A stretch of DNA of 64,000 nt. Source: Octopus bimaculoides (Eukaryota). The translations under genes and the position numbers were made by a program. How positions within the stretch are numbered: position 1 is the stretch's first letter; the number at the start of each line of letters is the position of its first letter. Shown one piece after another: positions 38,831 to 52,840 of the stretch. Location: the NCBI RefSeq assembly GCF_001194135.2, contig NC_069001.1, forward strand, positions 23,890,568 to 23,954,567, written 5' to 3'. The notes under the pieces were generated by a model. That model was not told the origin of the DNA and searched no databases. It saw only the letters and a program-made list of their open reading frames with translations.

Positions 38831-39284
38831 ACAGACATAATATATAGATGATGAGAATGATGATGGTGCTGGTGGTAGTAGTGATAGTGGTAATATGCTT
38901 CTGCTTAGTTTTTTGCTATCAAAAGGGATTACTGGTCAAACTAAAGATAAGGTACCAGATACTGATAAGGTACCAGGTACTGAATGAGGAGTATAGTGAG
39001 ATTGAACCCAGAACTACAGAGCTGTAATGTGAACTTAATTACACAGCCATGATTACAAAACTTGATTACTAGGATAGATCCATCCAACAAGAAACCCTCT
39101 AATGTTTGCTGTTCAGCATATTAGAAACAGCAGCTAAATCCCCTTCGAATCACTGTGAGCATCTTAGAAAAGGACACATTGAATAATGTGGTTTGTTGGT
39201 GCACCGAGTAAAAAGTTGGAACTGTCACGACAGGAATTCTTTGATCATAGGTTTGCTTAATCAGGATTGATTTGCCATAAAATG

Positions 39285-39323
<39 letters not shown>

Positions 39324-39588
39324 GTAGTAATAGTAAGAGTAGGAGTTGTAGTAGTAGCAATAGCAACAACAACTAAGGCAGATAAATCTTGTTTCTGTTC
39401 ATTTGTTGCTGGAAGCAATAAAGGGATGGACTCTGAGTAAAGTCAGTTTGGAAGCGTTGGAAATGGTTAAGATAAAGAAAGTCTTTGATGAGACGGAGAC
39501 AAAGAGATAATGAATTAAAGATTCAGCCTCTGCACTTATTCATCTCTCACTCATCTTCCCCCTTTGAACTGCTTCTGTACATTGTGTC

Positions 39589-39626
<38 letters not shown>

Positions 39627-39886
39627 AGTGTGTGTGTGAGAGAGAGAGAGTGTGTGTGTGTGGTGTGCCTTATTTATGTATATTTAAGTATATGCTATGA
39701 GTATATGTATACATATAGACACACATATATATCTATACATACATACATATATATGACACAATACACACACACATGCATATATATATATGTATGTATATAT
39801 ATATATATCATCATCATCATTTAACATGTGACTGTAAACACATATACACGCACACACATACTGACATATATCTGTATGTGTGTGAC

Positions 39887-39923
<37 letters not shown>

Positions 39924-40339
39924 ATGTATATATATATATATGTATGTATGTATGTATGTATTTGTATTATGGGTAACTAGCTGTTCCTGCTTATATGTTG
40001 CTGAATGTAGGTACACAGACATTATCTGAAAGTCTAAGGGTAGTCTGGTGCATTACATCAATGGCATCTATGTTTGATAATCTTTGTGTTTCAACCTCTC
40101 TGGCATCGACTTTGTCGTTTATTTCCTTTAGGTTTGTCTGTATGTAAGCCAATAATATGCTGCATACAGGTCTATGACCTGTGCCTCTTTCTCCCCTACA
40201 AAATCCATTTTAGTTTTTAGCTTTTAGTTGTTGGCTATTATTAATATACATACACCCAATACCTTTTAATTACCTGGCTGTTGTAATTGAAATTCCTTTG
40301 CACCTAACCGGAGTATGCAATTAACCAGAGTATGTAATT

Positions 40340-40700
40340 GAGAAATTTTTGCAGAGTGGGCAATAAGTTATGATATTTCGATATATTGCAAGTAGTGAGC
40401 AATGAAGAGGTGAAGAGAAGAGCTGGCATGAGAAGTCTGCAGGACATGGTGACTAAGCAGTAGATGCTGTTTGCTGCCCATGTGCTTGCTTTGATTACTG
40501 CAGGAGAGACATGCAGTGGATTCCGGAAGTTTGAGTAGAAGACCAAAGAAAATGTGATGCAATACATTCCAGGATGACATAATAGGAATGAGAGTTGGTT
40601 CAAGTGGAACTAATAGAAATGTGAATGATCAGGATGTTTGGAGAAGGCTTGTTACCTGTTGTGCCGACAGCACTTGAGGATTTAGGAGCAAAGAGTAAGG
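40340..40700 (+). mobile_element. Degenerate RTE ORF2 C-terminus
   Basis: VVSNEEVKRRAGMRSLQDMVTKQ*MLFAAHVL resembles VxNEEVxRRAG..RRLxFAGHV. Confidence 0.65.
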
Positions 40701-40908
40701 TATTGCATCTATGATATACATACATTGATTACAGCTTGATCATATAGATCTAAAACAAAGACAATCTACCCATAGCCATCTGATCTTATTTTCAAAAATA
40801 TGTATGTGATCCATACAACATAATCCAATGTGATGTTTCTATTTTTAAGATTGCTAGTTATGTTTCGCGAGAGATTTTGCTGCTATTTCTAATAACCAGA
40901 TAGAGAGA

Positions 40909-40968
<60 letters not shown>

Positions 40969-41544
40969 CTCTCAATTACTTGTTCATATTTTTTTTTTGT
41001 GTTTTAGTTGATGTCACTCAGTTGGAATGTGGGTAATTACAATTCACTGTTTCTAATCAGTGAAAAGTAATTTCTACGTTATTGAGTCTGGGATATTTTA
41101 GGAAATGGATAAGTTCTTCATGAATGAAAATGATAAATATTTTTGGTTTATAGCAACGTTTCTCATCAGAAACACATCATATTTTGAAGATCAATTGTGT
41201 AATTCTTTAGTATTCAGAGCATTTTGTCAAATATGATACTTTTCGACTTACGTTGTTTTGAATTAATGATGCATTATCTCACAGCTCCAAGATTTTGATG
41301 ATGTCCTTGTTTATTTTTAGAATGACATTGTAGGGTAGGTGTGACAGGCTGGATCTAGTCAGTTTGAACACAAGACAAGAAGAATATTTGGGCTGGTTAT
41401 GGCTGGTTTAAATGCTAAAGGGTTAAAGGATGGAGTCCTGAGAAAGGGATAGTGCCCTTGATATTTAGGAAGTCTATCAGAATACTAATAAGATTAATGC
41501 ATCTGATTTAAAGTCTTAATCGTTATTATTATTATTGTTGATGC

Positions 41545-41548
41545 TGTT

Positions 41549-41580
<32 letters not shown>

Positions 41581-41935
41581 GGCTGGGTTCCAACCCAAGC
41601 CACAACAATAAATTCCACCGTCCACACTTCTCAGTCCATCATTACTGCCTCGAATTCCTGGATATATTCCAGGCCAATGCCTTCCATCAAGTTGTTGATG
41701 TAACTATGACAATGTTTTCCTCTTCTTACATCTCCATGAAGTCGGTTCCTCAAGACTAACTCGGATGCTTCTAGTTCAGAGTGGCATACACCGTGACCAG
41801 ATAGTCACAGCTGTCTTTGCCTTATCTCGTTAACTTTCAGTAGCTTCCAGTAAAGGCGTGCTTTTATCATATGTTGCTGCCATTTCACATTTAGGGCCAT
41901 TTGTAACATCCTTGTGTAGCATCCATTGTGTTGTC
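41545..41935 (-). mobile_element. RTE 3' end with (ATG)n tail
   Basis: GCYTRMLQMALNVKWQQHM..NEIRQRQL*LSGHGVCHSELEASELVL..RRGK..YINNL. Confidence 0.75.
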
Positions 41936-41936
41936 A

Positions 41937-42258
41937 TCTGACTGAGAAATGAAATTCTTTCAAATACTTGCTGGGGTGTCACAAGGAGATATGCTTGCTT
42001 CCTACCTGTTGGCAATTTATTTCAATTATGCAATGCGAAAGGCTATAGACAATAGCAATGAAGACCTTGATTTCACTATCAACTGGTAAGAATTGTGGAG
42101 AGTACCAGCAGTAACCATCACAGATGTGGACTTCGTAGATGCTAGGGTACTCATATCTGATGAAATAGACGAAGTTCAGCTGCGCAGCAGAATAGAAGCA
42201 TCAACTGCTATAATAGGACTGCACCCAAATGTCAAGAAAATGGAGTACACGTCTTAAA
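41937..42258 (+). mobile_element. RTE RT core, inverted relative to the adjacent 3' piece
   Basis: FFQILAGVSQGDMLASYLL..ITDVDFVDA..IGLHPNVKKMEY matches AGVLQGDTLAPYLF..ITDLDFADD..GL-NAKKT. Confidence 0.8.
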
Positions 42259-42664
42259 CATTTGCAGCAAAAGAAACAAAAATAATATTCATCGGCAGAG
42301 AGGAAGGTGGAGGGACGGGGATTAATCCAGGCATTTTATATAAGATTTTGTATAAATCTGGTTTCTGAGGATGTAGCAAAAAAAAAACAAACTAAATAAT
42401 AAATAAAAGAGAAGAGAGTGAGGTTGATCTATAGCTGACACTTTCACTTAGCTGTCTAGAAAAACTGGTGTAAATATGATGATGATGATGATGATAGTAA
42501 TGATAGTAATGATACCTCTGTGTGTGTGTATGTGTGCACTCACAAAAACTTACATATATCTAACCCCATTTAATCATGGATGTTCTGTTGGAACAAAATG
42601 TACTGCAGGTGTACCATAAGAGAATCTCTCATATTAGTTTTTGGTGCAAAATAATCCTTTTTAT

Positions 42665-43190
42665 ACAGGAGCAGGTATGGCTGTGTGGTAAGAAGATTGC
42701 TTCCCAACCACATGGTTGCAGATTCAGTCCCACTGTGTGGCACCTTGGGCAAGTGTCTTCAACTACAGCCTCAGGCCAACCAAAGCTTTGTGAGTGGATT
42801 TGGTAGGCGAAAATTGACTGAAACAAGCCCATCGTATATATCATCATCATCATCATCATCGTTTAACGTCCGCTTTCCATGCTAGCATGGGTTGGACGAT
42901 TTGACTGAGGACTGGTGAAACCGGATGGCAACACCAGGCTCCAGTCTGNNNNNNNNNNTGTGTGTCTGTGTTAGTCCCCCCTGCCATTGTTTGACAACTG
43001 GTGTTGGTGTGTTTACATCCCCATAACTTAGTGGTTCGGCAAAAAGAGACTAATAGAATAAGTACCGGGCTTACAACAAATAAACCCGACTTACAAAGAA
43101 TAAGTCTATTTATTTAACTAAAACCCCTTAAGGTGGTGCTCCAGTATGGCTGCAGTCAAATGATTGAAACAAGTAAAAGAATAAAAGAAT
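42665..43190 (+). mobile_element. SINE family A with a family C stub in its internal (TA)n
   Basis: Head to 42835, C stub 42841-42948, small gap, then the A 3' half. Confidence 0.8.
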
Positions 43191-43199
43191 CTTGTTTAT

Positions 43200-43435
43200 A
43201 TTGGAATTGCCATTGACAGGACCAAACAAAATCAGAGTCATGTGATCTGGTGGTCTCTGCTCTGTCTCCTCTCCCTACCAGTGACGTAAGCAAAAGTGCA
43301 TTTTGTACCAAAAGCCAATATGAGAGTTTTTCTCGTGGTGTCTGCTTCAGTATAGTTTGTTCCGACAGAACACCCATGTTTAAGCGGGGATAAATATGAC
43401 TTTTCCGTATCAATACTGCCTCGTTGTATATTACA
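43200..43435 (+). repeat. Unclassified dispersed repeat (family F)
   Basis: GCATTTTGTACCAAAAGCCAATATGAGAGTTTTTCTCGTGGTGTCT..TTTGTTCCGACAGAAC; diverged copies at 62750-63030 and 63105-63380. Confidence 0.65.
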
Positions 43436-44309
43436 TATATATATATATATATATACTTCTTTTACTTTTTACTTGTTTCAGTCATTTATTTAACTGTGGC
43501 CATGCTGGGACACAGACTTGAAGGGCTTGTAATTAAATAATCAAACCTGGGATTTCACATATGAAAGGCTTCTTTCGGTTTCCATCTACCAAATTCACTC
43601 ACAGGGATTTGGCTGGCCTGAGGCTATTGTAGAGGACACTTGCCTAAAGTGCCATACAGTGGGACTGAACCAAGAACATTGTTGGCTGAATCAAGCTTCT
43701 TACCACAGAGCCAACCCCGCTCCATGATGTAACAGATGCATGCACTTACACATACACATACATTTACGCACAAATAAATGTAACAGACATACACTTACAC
43801 ACATATATGCAACATTCACACACATATATGTCACATACACACACACACACACACTCATACACACACACACACACACATGCAACATACACATACACTTACC
43901 TACATACACATACACAAACATAATACATATTTAAACTATTTGACCTGTGCACCCTTAACTCCCAACTTCCTCTGTATCCTGATCATGTCACATGACCTCT
44001 GCCATGTGAATCCCTACTACCCCCGCCCCCCCACCNNNNNNNNNNNNNNNNNNNNNNNNNNNNNNNNNNNNNNNNNNNNNNNNNNNNNNNNNNNNNNNNN
44101 NNNNNNNNNNNNNNNNNNNNNNNNNNNNNNNNNNNNNNNNNNNNNNNNNNNNNNNNNNNNNNNNNNNNNNNNNNNNNNNNNNNNNNNNNNNNNNNNNNNN
44201 NNNNNNNNNNNNNNNNNNNNNNNNNNNNNNNNNNNNNNNNNNNNNNNNNNNNNNNNNNNNNNNNNNNNNNNNNNNNNNNNNNNNNNNNNNNNNNNNNNNN
44301 NNNNNNNNN

Positions 44310-44950
44310 NAACAACAATGAAAATGATGATGAAAGGCACTTCAAAGAGAATGGAAACAAAAATAACATTTGTCATCTCATTGATGATGATGATGACGAT
44401 GACAATGATGATGACAACATCACCGCCAGCAACAACAATGGTGATGACAACAGCAATGATGATAAGGGTGGATGTAGCATTGATGTTAATGATGTTGATA
44501 ATGACAATTTTCATTTTCTATTTTTATTTTAATTCTATTTTTTTATTTTTATTCTATTTTATTTTTATCTTATTTCTAATTTTAATTTTAATTATTTTAT
44601 TATATTTTATTATATTTTAATTTTATTTTTATTTTATTTTAATTTTTAGTATTTTATTTTCATTTTTGATTTTAATTTTTATTTTTGATATAACTTTGAT
44701 TCTAATCTTATTTTTATTTTTATTTTATTCTATTTAAAATTTATTTTGGTTTTAATTTTTATTTCATTCTATCTTAATTTTTAACTTTAATTCTTATTTT
44801 CATTCCAATTTTTATTTTTTAATTTAATTTTAACTCTAATCTTTTATTTGATTTATATTTTAATCATATATTTTATTTTTATTTTTTATATTTATTTAAA
44901 TTTTTATTGGTAATTTTCATTGTTATTTTTACTTTTCCATTTTTATTATA
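44310..44950. repeat. Low-complexity GAT/ACA mosaic followed by (ATTTT)n
   Basis: Direct inspection. Confidence 0.85.
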
Positions 44951-45528
44951 AGTCTATATCTTTATCCATTGTTTCCTCTCTCATTTATTTGTATTCCTGA
45001 TCTGAACTAATTTCTCAAGAATGGTTTTCAATGCCAAGGTTTGGTGTTAGGCTCTCCATTAATTTCCAGACATAAATGACTGACTTCATGTCTTATTAGG
45101 AAAGTAATTATTCCACACCATTTCTTTGGATTCCCTCCAATTCAAAAGTGAGTTTGGCACGATGTGAAGACATTAGCTGGGAGGAATAATCCAGCCAATG
45201 AAGGCAAACCATGGTCTCTTCTGTTCTTCTGTTTCTGTTTTGAATGAATTCTGTCAAAATCTACATCTTCTGCATGTTTCAATGAAGGCAGGAAAAAAAT
45301 TCTTGCAACATGGAAAGAAGAATTACCAGTGTGAAGTTGTTGATTGGGAAAGAGTTATATAACATAGGCACAGGTGTGGCTGTGTGGTAAGAAGCTTGCT
45401 TCCTAACCACAAGTTACCAGGTTCATTTCCACTGAATGGCACCTTGGGCAAGTGCCTTCTACTTACTGTAGCATTGGGTTGACCAAAGCCTTGTGTATGG
45501 ATTTGGTAGATGTAAACTGAAAGAAGCC

Positions 45529-45608
<80 letters not shown>

Positions 45609-45645
45609 TTATATACACATATACACATATACATACATACATATG

Positions 45646-45703
<58 letters not shown>

Positions 45704-45705
45704 CA

Positions 45706-45832
45706 CTGGGTGTCCACAAAGACTGGGTACATGGGGATTAACACATACTTTAAGAAATAATTATTTCTTATATTTAATTGTTTATGTTCTGATTTTATTT
45801 ACTCCATGTAGCCAGACTTTGTGGACACCCTG
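45706..45832. mobile_element. Short Tc1/mariner-type MITE
   Basis: About 29-bp TIRs C(T/A)GGGTGTCCACAAAG(A/T)CTGG(G/C)TACATGG; TA on the right; in a microsatellite following a family A head. Confidence 0.8.
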
Positions 45833-46034
45833 TATATGTATATACATATACATATACATACATATAAATATATGACCAAGACGTTTGGCATTATACCGTG
45901 CTTGAGAAGAAGACCCATCAAGCCAAGCAAAATCAGGCTGGAGCCTGGTGCAGCATTCCAGCATGACAGTGTAGTCAAACCATCCAGTCCATGCCAGCAT
46001 GGACAGCAGATGTTAAATGATGATGATGATGGTG

Positions 46035-46075
<41 letters not shown>

Positions 46076-46109
46076 ATGTATGTATGTATGTATGTATGTA
46101 TGTATGTAG

Positions 46110-46520
46110 GCACAGTGTTACTGTGGTAAGAAGCATACTTCTCAACTGCATAATACTGGGTTAAATTCCATTGTGTGGCACCTTGTGCAAGTGTCTTCTA
46201 CTATAGCTTCAAGCTGAACAAAGCCTTGAGAGTGGATTTGGTAGATGGAAACTGAAGGAAGCCTGTAATAGATAGATACATATATATGTGTGTGTGTGTG
46301 TGTGTGTGTTTCTTCACATGACAACCAGTGCCAGTGTAGCTATGTCCCCATAACTTAGCAGGTTAGCAAAAGAGGCTGATAAAATAATCACCAGGCTTAA
46401 AAAACAGAAAACGTAAGTACTGGGGTTATACAGGTGTTAATTCATTCAATTAAAATTCTTCAAGATGGTGCTCCCGCATGGCCACAGTCTAATGACGGAA
46501 ACAAGTAAAAGACAAAAGAA
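46110..46520 (+). mobile_element. SINE family A
   Basis: Full family structure, diverged. Confidence 0.75.
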
Positions 46521-46644
46521 GATTCTGTTACAAGTCAATGTCTAAAAACTACCCCCTTAACTGCCCACTTTTGATCCCTCAAAACTTTTCTGCAGTCCCC
46601 TAGATCTCTTCTTCACTTGGCAATATTCTTCTTCAATAAGGAGC

Positions 46645-46840
46645 CATGAGCTGGCAGAGTCAATAAGACATTGGGCAGTTTGTCTGTCTTTACATTCTTA
46701 GTTCAAATCCTGCCGAGGTCTGCTTTGCCTCTCAACATTTCAGGGTCAATAAAATAAGTACCAGTTAACCAATGGTGTTAATGTAATCAGCTTACCTGCT
46801 CCCTTGAACTTACTGGCCTTGTGCCAAATTCTGAAACCAA
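46645..46840 (+). mobile_element. SINE family B
   Basis: Family motifs; a further diverged copy at about 49320-49520. Confidence 0.7.
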
Positions 46841-47692
46841 TAGTCTTCTTCAATCAATCTCTTAACTATGCTAATTACTATTTGCTGGTCAATACTGGAC
46901 TATTGAGCTATTCTTGATTGGTTTTTAGTCATTGATACAAGTTGATGACTTCCCCTACTTGTAAATTTATCGGCATCATTTTTTAATGATTTTTCGGTTT
47001 TTGTGCTTTGTTGAATTAAAGTTACAGTTAATGAAATTTAGATATGTATCTGAAAAGAATAGAAAACATATCTAATTACAAAAAAATTAAAAAAATTAAT
47101 GGATGGTTAAAAAGGTTTTGTGGGTTGCTGTGTAATAGATGTGTGTATTCATCTTTCTATCAACCTAGCTCTCTACATTGTTGCTTGTGTTGGTATAATA
47201 TGTATGTGTGTGTGTGTATTAATATGTGATGCTTTTATTTATGTATTTATTTACTACTACTATTTTTTTAATCTCAAAATAAATAAATGTCTGTGCAAAA
47301 TGTCATTGTTGCAAATTTCAGGGAAGACAAAAAAAAAATCTTCAGCTTCAATGAATCATATTTGCATATTATAAACGTTTACCTAGATTCTTTTAAGAAA
47401 TGTTTTTTTCTTACTTCTTCTGAGAATTTCTGACTATCTGCTTCATCGAAGACAATGAATGCAAATAATTTCTACAAATCAGTGGTTTTTGTGGAAAAGG
47501 TATTTGTACAAGTTTCCAGATGTTATATATTGATATACAAACTGAATGTTTATGACTTCAGGCCCCTAGCAAATGATTTGGAAAACATGCATTTCATTGT
47601 GGATATTTCTTTAGAGGCATAGAAGCTGTAATTTTAATATTTAGGACAACTGAGAATAAATGCAAGTGTTCAAAGCTCCCATCTTTCTTGTA

Positions 47693-48596
47693 CAGGGTGA
47701 TAACAAAAGATTCCCTGGTCTAGTTATGTAGTACAGCAACAGATGGCAGCACATGATTGTGTGCAGTGAGAGCTAGCAGTGGCTTTCATGAGGCAGTGTG
47801 TTGAGTGACATTGTTGTGTTTATTTTGCAAATTGTGAAATTTGTGTTTTTGTGATCATGTATGCTGTAGTTTGTGATTTTTATCATGGACAGGGAAGTTG
47901 GAAGAAAGAGCCAATGTGAAATTTTGCATTAAACTTGGGAAGTCTGCTATAGAGACATTGAGCATGCTTCAGCAACAAGGCAGTGGGTTGTATGCAGTGT
48001 TTTGAGTGACATGGGTGCTTGAAAAGTGGAAGAACGTCCCTGGAAGATGATGAGTGATCTGGAAGATCTGCTATGAGTGCCACCTCCAGAAATGTGGAGA
48101 CAATTCATCAGCTTGAGCATGAAGATCATTGGAAGACAATCAATGATGTTTTGAAGCATTTGAGGGAGGACATTCGGTGACAGCAACTGGATCTGTGGAC
48201 CACAAAGAATTGGATTCTTCACAATGATAATGCATCCTGTCACTGAGCTGTCCTCACTCATCACTTTCTTGCCAAAAACAACACGGTATCATTTCCACAC
48301 CTGCCCTATTTACCAGATTTAGCAGCTGCAGCCTTCCATTTCTTCCTTAAGAGGAAAATGCAGCTCAAATGTCACCGGTTTAACATTGTTGTCAAGATCA
48401 AGAGTCAGTCGCAGAAGGTCCTTGACTCACTCAAAGAAAACAACTTTGAGACTGGATTCCAAAAGTGGCAGGAACACCAGAACTTGTATATTGCTGTGCA
48501 AAGAGACTACTTCGATGGAGATGATGTTAAAACTTAAGTAAATAAGTTATTTTTTGTTAAACATTACTCGTCTGGGAACTTTTTGATACCATCTCA
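47693..48596 (+). mobile_element. Internally deleted mariner element, DD34D type
   Basis: EERANVKFCIKLGKSAIETLSML..RTSLEDDE*SGR..[deletion]..WILHNDNASCH*..PHLPYLPDLAAAAF; 34-residue spacing with third D mutated; degenerate TIRs; TA flanks. Confidence 0.88.
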
Positions 48597-50514
48597 TATA
48601 GTGTTTAAGTTCTTAGCAAGTTATATTATGTGTATTGGTGAAAGAAAGGACCTCCAGTTATGAAATGTTAGACATAAAGACTGTCCAACCCATGTCAGCA
48701 TGGAAAAATGGATGTAAAATACTGTTAATGACAATGTTGCTGTTGCTGAAGATGCTGTTATTGTCAATGCTAATAACAATGATGATGATGGCCCTTAAGA
48801 ACCTTTACCAAAGAAAATGTGCAGTAGCAGAGACAGAGTGTATACTTCTAGCCTTAGATCTGTTGCTAAATGGATTTGATATTATCGTTCTATGTTCTGT
48901 GTAGGGACCAGTATGTCAAAGAACCAACCCAATGTTTCCTCTGCATGTCATAAAAAGCTTGAAAATGAGGTTGGGGTAGGAGTTGTACTATTTTCCTCAC
49001 TTCTAACAACTATCGTAACAGATCCAGGTGTTGGAGGGTTCTCACCTGAGCAGTGCAAAGGTGTTACCTGCCTAGAGTAGTTGAGGGTCATCAACAAATC
49101 AGGAATGCAGCAATGCACAGTTACAGTGCATTCCCCACCACTACTACTACTACTACTACTATTACCACCACCACCACCACCACCACCACCACCACTACTA
49201 TCACCACCACTGCCACCGCCACCACCATCACTACTACTACTACTACTACTACTACCAAATCAATAACTGAAGATTGGTTCTCCATACTGAGCTTACCAAT
49301 ATTAACCTCCAAATAAGACAGAATCATTTGCATTCCAGGCAAAAAGTTTAGTAGCATTTCATGTGTTTTTACATTCTGAATTCAAATTCTTCGAGGCTGA
49401 CTTTTCCTTTTATTGATTTGGAGTCAATAAAATTGGTACCAGTTGAGCGTTGAGGTCAATGTAATTGACTTATTCCTACCCCTGAAATCTTGGCCTTGTA
49501 CCAATATTTGAAACCAGTATTTTCTTCCAAATGTATTCTTCATCTTTATAAACCTCTTGTTGTCCCATCAATGGAAAACTATCATCACATTTACGATGGT
49601 ATCTCTGTTGATTTTCTTTCTCTCTTTGATTGAGTTTAAAATGAAACTTCTTGCATTATTGCCTCTGGTTTCATAGTTAAACTTCTACCCTTCTTTCATC
49701 ATCACTATATTGTTTCTTTATCTGTATTCTCTAAATACTTCCATGGTCGTTGTTCTGCCATTAGTTTCATTTGTTGTAAATCACTCTCCATTCAGGCTGA
49801 CTGAGTGACTCATCTTTCTCAAAATTCTCCTCAATTTACTATCATTATCTTCTGCAAGAGCTATTTCTGCTCTTCCAGTTTCTTTCTTTGCATATCTATT
49901 TTACTAAACAATATTTTCCTATTTCTCATATAAATGTTATCTTAGTTCTATTTAATCTTGCCTTGATCCTTTTAAGAATTTTAGGGCAGCTTTTCTTTAA
50001 ATATCTATATTGTTTTGTTTTCCCTTTTCTTTTTTAATATCCCATCATATTAAGTGGTTGCTCACAGCCTTTCTCTTTTATAACTGGTTTCTTGTGGCAT
50101 TGGATGGAATGACTTTCAATAAAATTTTAGAAAATATCATTTATCTACAATCTCACTTTTAAAATAATATTCATATGCTTCAAGTCGTAAATCTTTTGAT
50201 AGCAAACTAGCAAAAAAGAAAAAAGAAAAACAATACGGTCTCAGTGAAAATAAATCAGTTGGTTCTTAACAAAGACAAGAGGCTGACATCAGGCAAAGAT
50301 GATGTATCAAAGCACAGTACTTTAAAGAAGTACAGCATGTATGCTATCATTCGATGTCTAAAACACTCAAACTCCAGGAGAGGGGAGATGAGGCATGTGA
50401 CAGTGGGAAGCAAAAATGCATGTGTATGACAAATATTAAACTTAGACACATTTACGAATTTACAGAGATTTTATTATAAATGAGGACAAATGTCTACTAA
50501 AGTGTGACTTATAT

Positions 50515-50672
50515 CATCATCATCGTCATTTAACGTCCGCTTTCCATGCTAGCATGGGTTGGACGATTTGACTGAGGACTGGTGAAACCAGATGGCTACA
50601 CCAAGCTCCAATCTGATTTGGCAAGTTTCTACAGCTGGATGCCCTTCCTAACGCCAACCACTCTGAGAGTGT
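50515..50672 (-). mobile_element. Young family C stub
   Basis: Near-identical to 34295-34405. Confidence 0.85.
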
Positions 50673-51059
50673 AAATATAAAGAATAAAAATGGAAAATTG
50701 AAAAGGAAACTGACCCTACATCAAATGTTCAGTTTCTTATAAACTGATGGAAGCTCAACAGCAAATTGTATTAGATACACAAGGCATAAACCTCTGCAAC
50801 ATAGCAAAGACAATCATGCATACAATAAATAAGAACTCAAAAGACAATAGAAGTACTACTACAGAAGCAACAACAGGCCAACAAAACAAGGCAGTGCTGC
50901 AAATAAATAAGTTTACACAAATAATAAAATCACTGAATGAGCCCCAAAATCACATGAGGGCTCCATGGAAACAACCAACCAACTATTGAGTCACAATAGA
51001 TATAAATCATCATTCTATATTCAACAACGTAGAGGCCAAAGCATTTATGGCAACAGATT

Positions 51060-51990
51060 AATTAGAGTTAACACTGAGGCAAAATCTAATGTAAAAAAAA
51101 ATGAAGATAGTAGGAGTTGATAATAAAAATGAATAAACAGAGACCATGAGAATTGTTGCCCAAGCTACCAATAAAAAAATTAAAAAAACATTTCAAGTAA
51201 TCTCAAGTAAATAATATATAAGTACAAGGACCTTCATGAAATTATGTCCCTTAAAACAAACCTGAATATCAACACAGTAAAAGGTTTAATCCATTAGGTA
51301 GTCATGGTAGTATCAAGGGAAATCAGGATCAATCCTAATAGAGTAAGACCCTTGCAGCAAAATCTAACTGAAAACTTTAGCAGGAGAAAAGAAAATATGT
51401 TATAGAAAATTATAAGAGAAAAGCAACGAAAGAAGCTATTTTTCCTTAGGGGAATAAAAAGGAAAAAGATAAAAATCATTTTTTCTCATTGAAAGGGAAA
51501 AAAAATGACTTAAGTAAATCTTATCAAGAAAGTGATGGAGGATAAGATGTTTGAAAAATTCCATCATGAGAATAATTCATTTGAAACAAAATACAAAAAA
51601 TAACCATTTTATAAAGATATCAACAATAATAACGACAACAACAGCAAAAATAAACAGTTGATGTCATTCCAACATAAAAGAAATGAAAACACATTGGGAG
51701 AAAATATGAAACAAAAGCACTGAGCACAATCAAAGTGCCGAGTTTGTGGAAAGGATAAATAAACTGAAATAACGCCACAAGCATGGATCAGCAGAACCAT
51801 TGAGGAATTGAACAATGTAATATAGATTACAAGTGGGAAGCTCACAAGATTGACAGTGTCCTCAATTTCTTGATGAATTCATAAAACTTTGGCAACAATA
51901 TTCAATGAATGTATTAACAGACCAGAATTCCCAACAGAATGGTTACTCTAGGAGAAAACATTATTATTTCAGCAAAACAAACCAACCGTA
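51060..51990 (+). mobile_element. Degenerate R4/Dong-like LINE N-terminal to pre-RT region
   Basis: HWEKI*NKSTEHNQSAEF..KWEAHKIDSVLNF..TLATIFNECINRPEFPTEWLL*EKTLL resembles FW-IW..HN..NWKAPGxD..PxWL..GxTxL. Confidence 0.55.
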
Positions 51991-52461
51991 AATGTTTATT
52001 TATCATGTTATTTTTTCTTCTCTCTCACTGTCTTCCAAAAAATTTAGGGAACTGATTCTGAAAATACCATTAGTTTTGTCTGTAACCAAATGTTTCAAAA
52101 GTTAAGCTTATAAGAGTAATATTTGAATTTTTGAAGAATTGCACTGTAATGAACAGTCCTTTTAACTGCACATCAAGAATTATATTTTTATATATCTAAA
52201 TCGTATTTTTATGTTTCAGATCGATTTCTTGAGCTGTGAATCTTAGCATCATAGAATATGGTAAGTAGAAAATGCAGTAATTCATCAGATCCATTCTTAT
52301 GTTTGTGGATATGTTGGAACTGAACAGGTAACACTTAGAATAGTGAAAAGAGTCAAATTTTGTATAAAATGTAGAGCAGTGTTTCCCAACCATATTCCCC
52401 CATCATCCAGAAAAATACATGCCCCATCAATGGTTGGAAAAAAAAAAAAACTTTATTTTTA

Positions 52462-52840
52462 GCATGGCTGTGTGGTAAGAAGCTAGCTTCCCGACCACAT
52501 GGTTCCAGGTTCAGCCCCTCTTTGTGACACCTTGGGCGAGTGTCTTCTACTATAGCCTTGGGCAGATCAAAGCCTTGTGAGTGGATTTGGTAGACAGAAA
52601 CTGAAAGAAGCCCATTGTATGTGTGTGTGTGTCGTTGTGTTTGTTCCTCCATCACTGCTTGGCAACTGGTATTGGTGTGTTTATGTCCCCGTAACTTAGT
52701 TGTTCAACAAAAGAGACCAATAGAATAAGTACTAGGCTTCAAAAAATTCCCGGGTTCAATTTGTTTGACTAAGAGCCCTTCGAGCCAGTGCTCCAGCATG
52801 GTCACAGTTAAATGGCTGAAACAAATAAAAGAATAAAAAA
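52462..52840 (+). mobile_element. SINE family A
   Basis: Full family structure. Confidence 0.85.
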
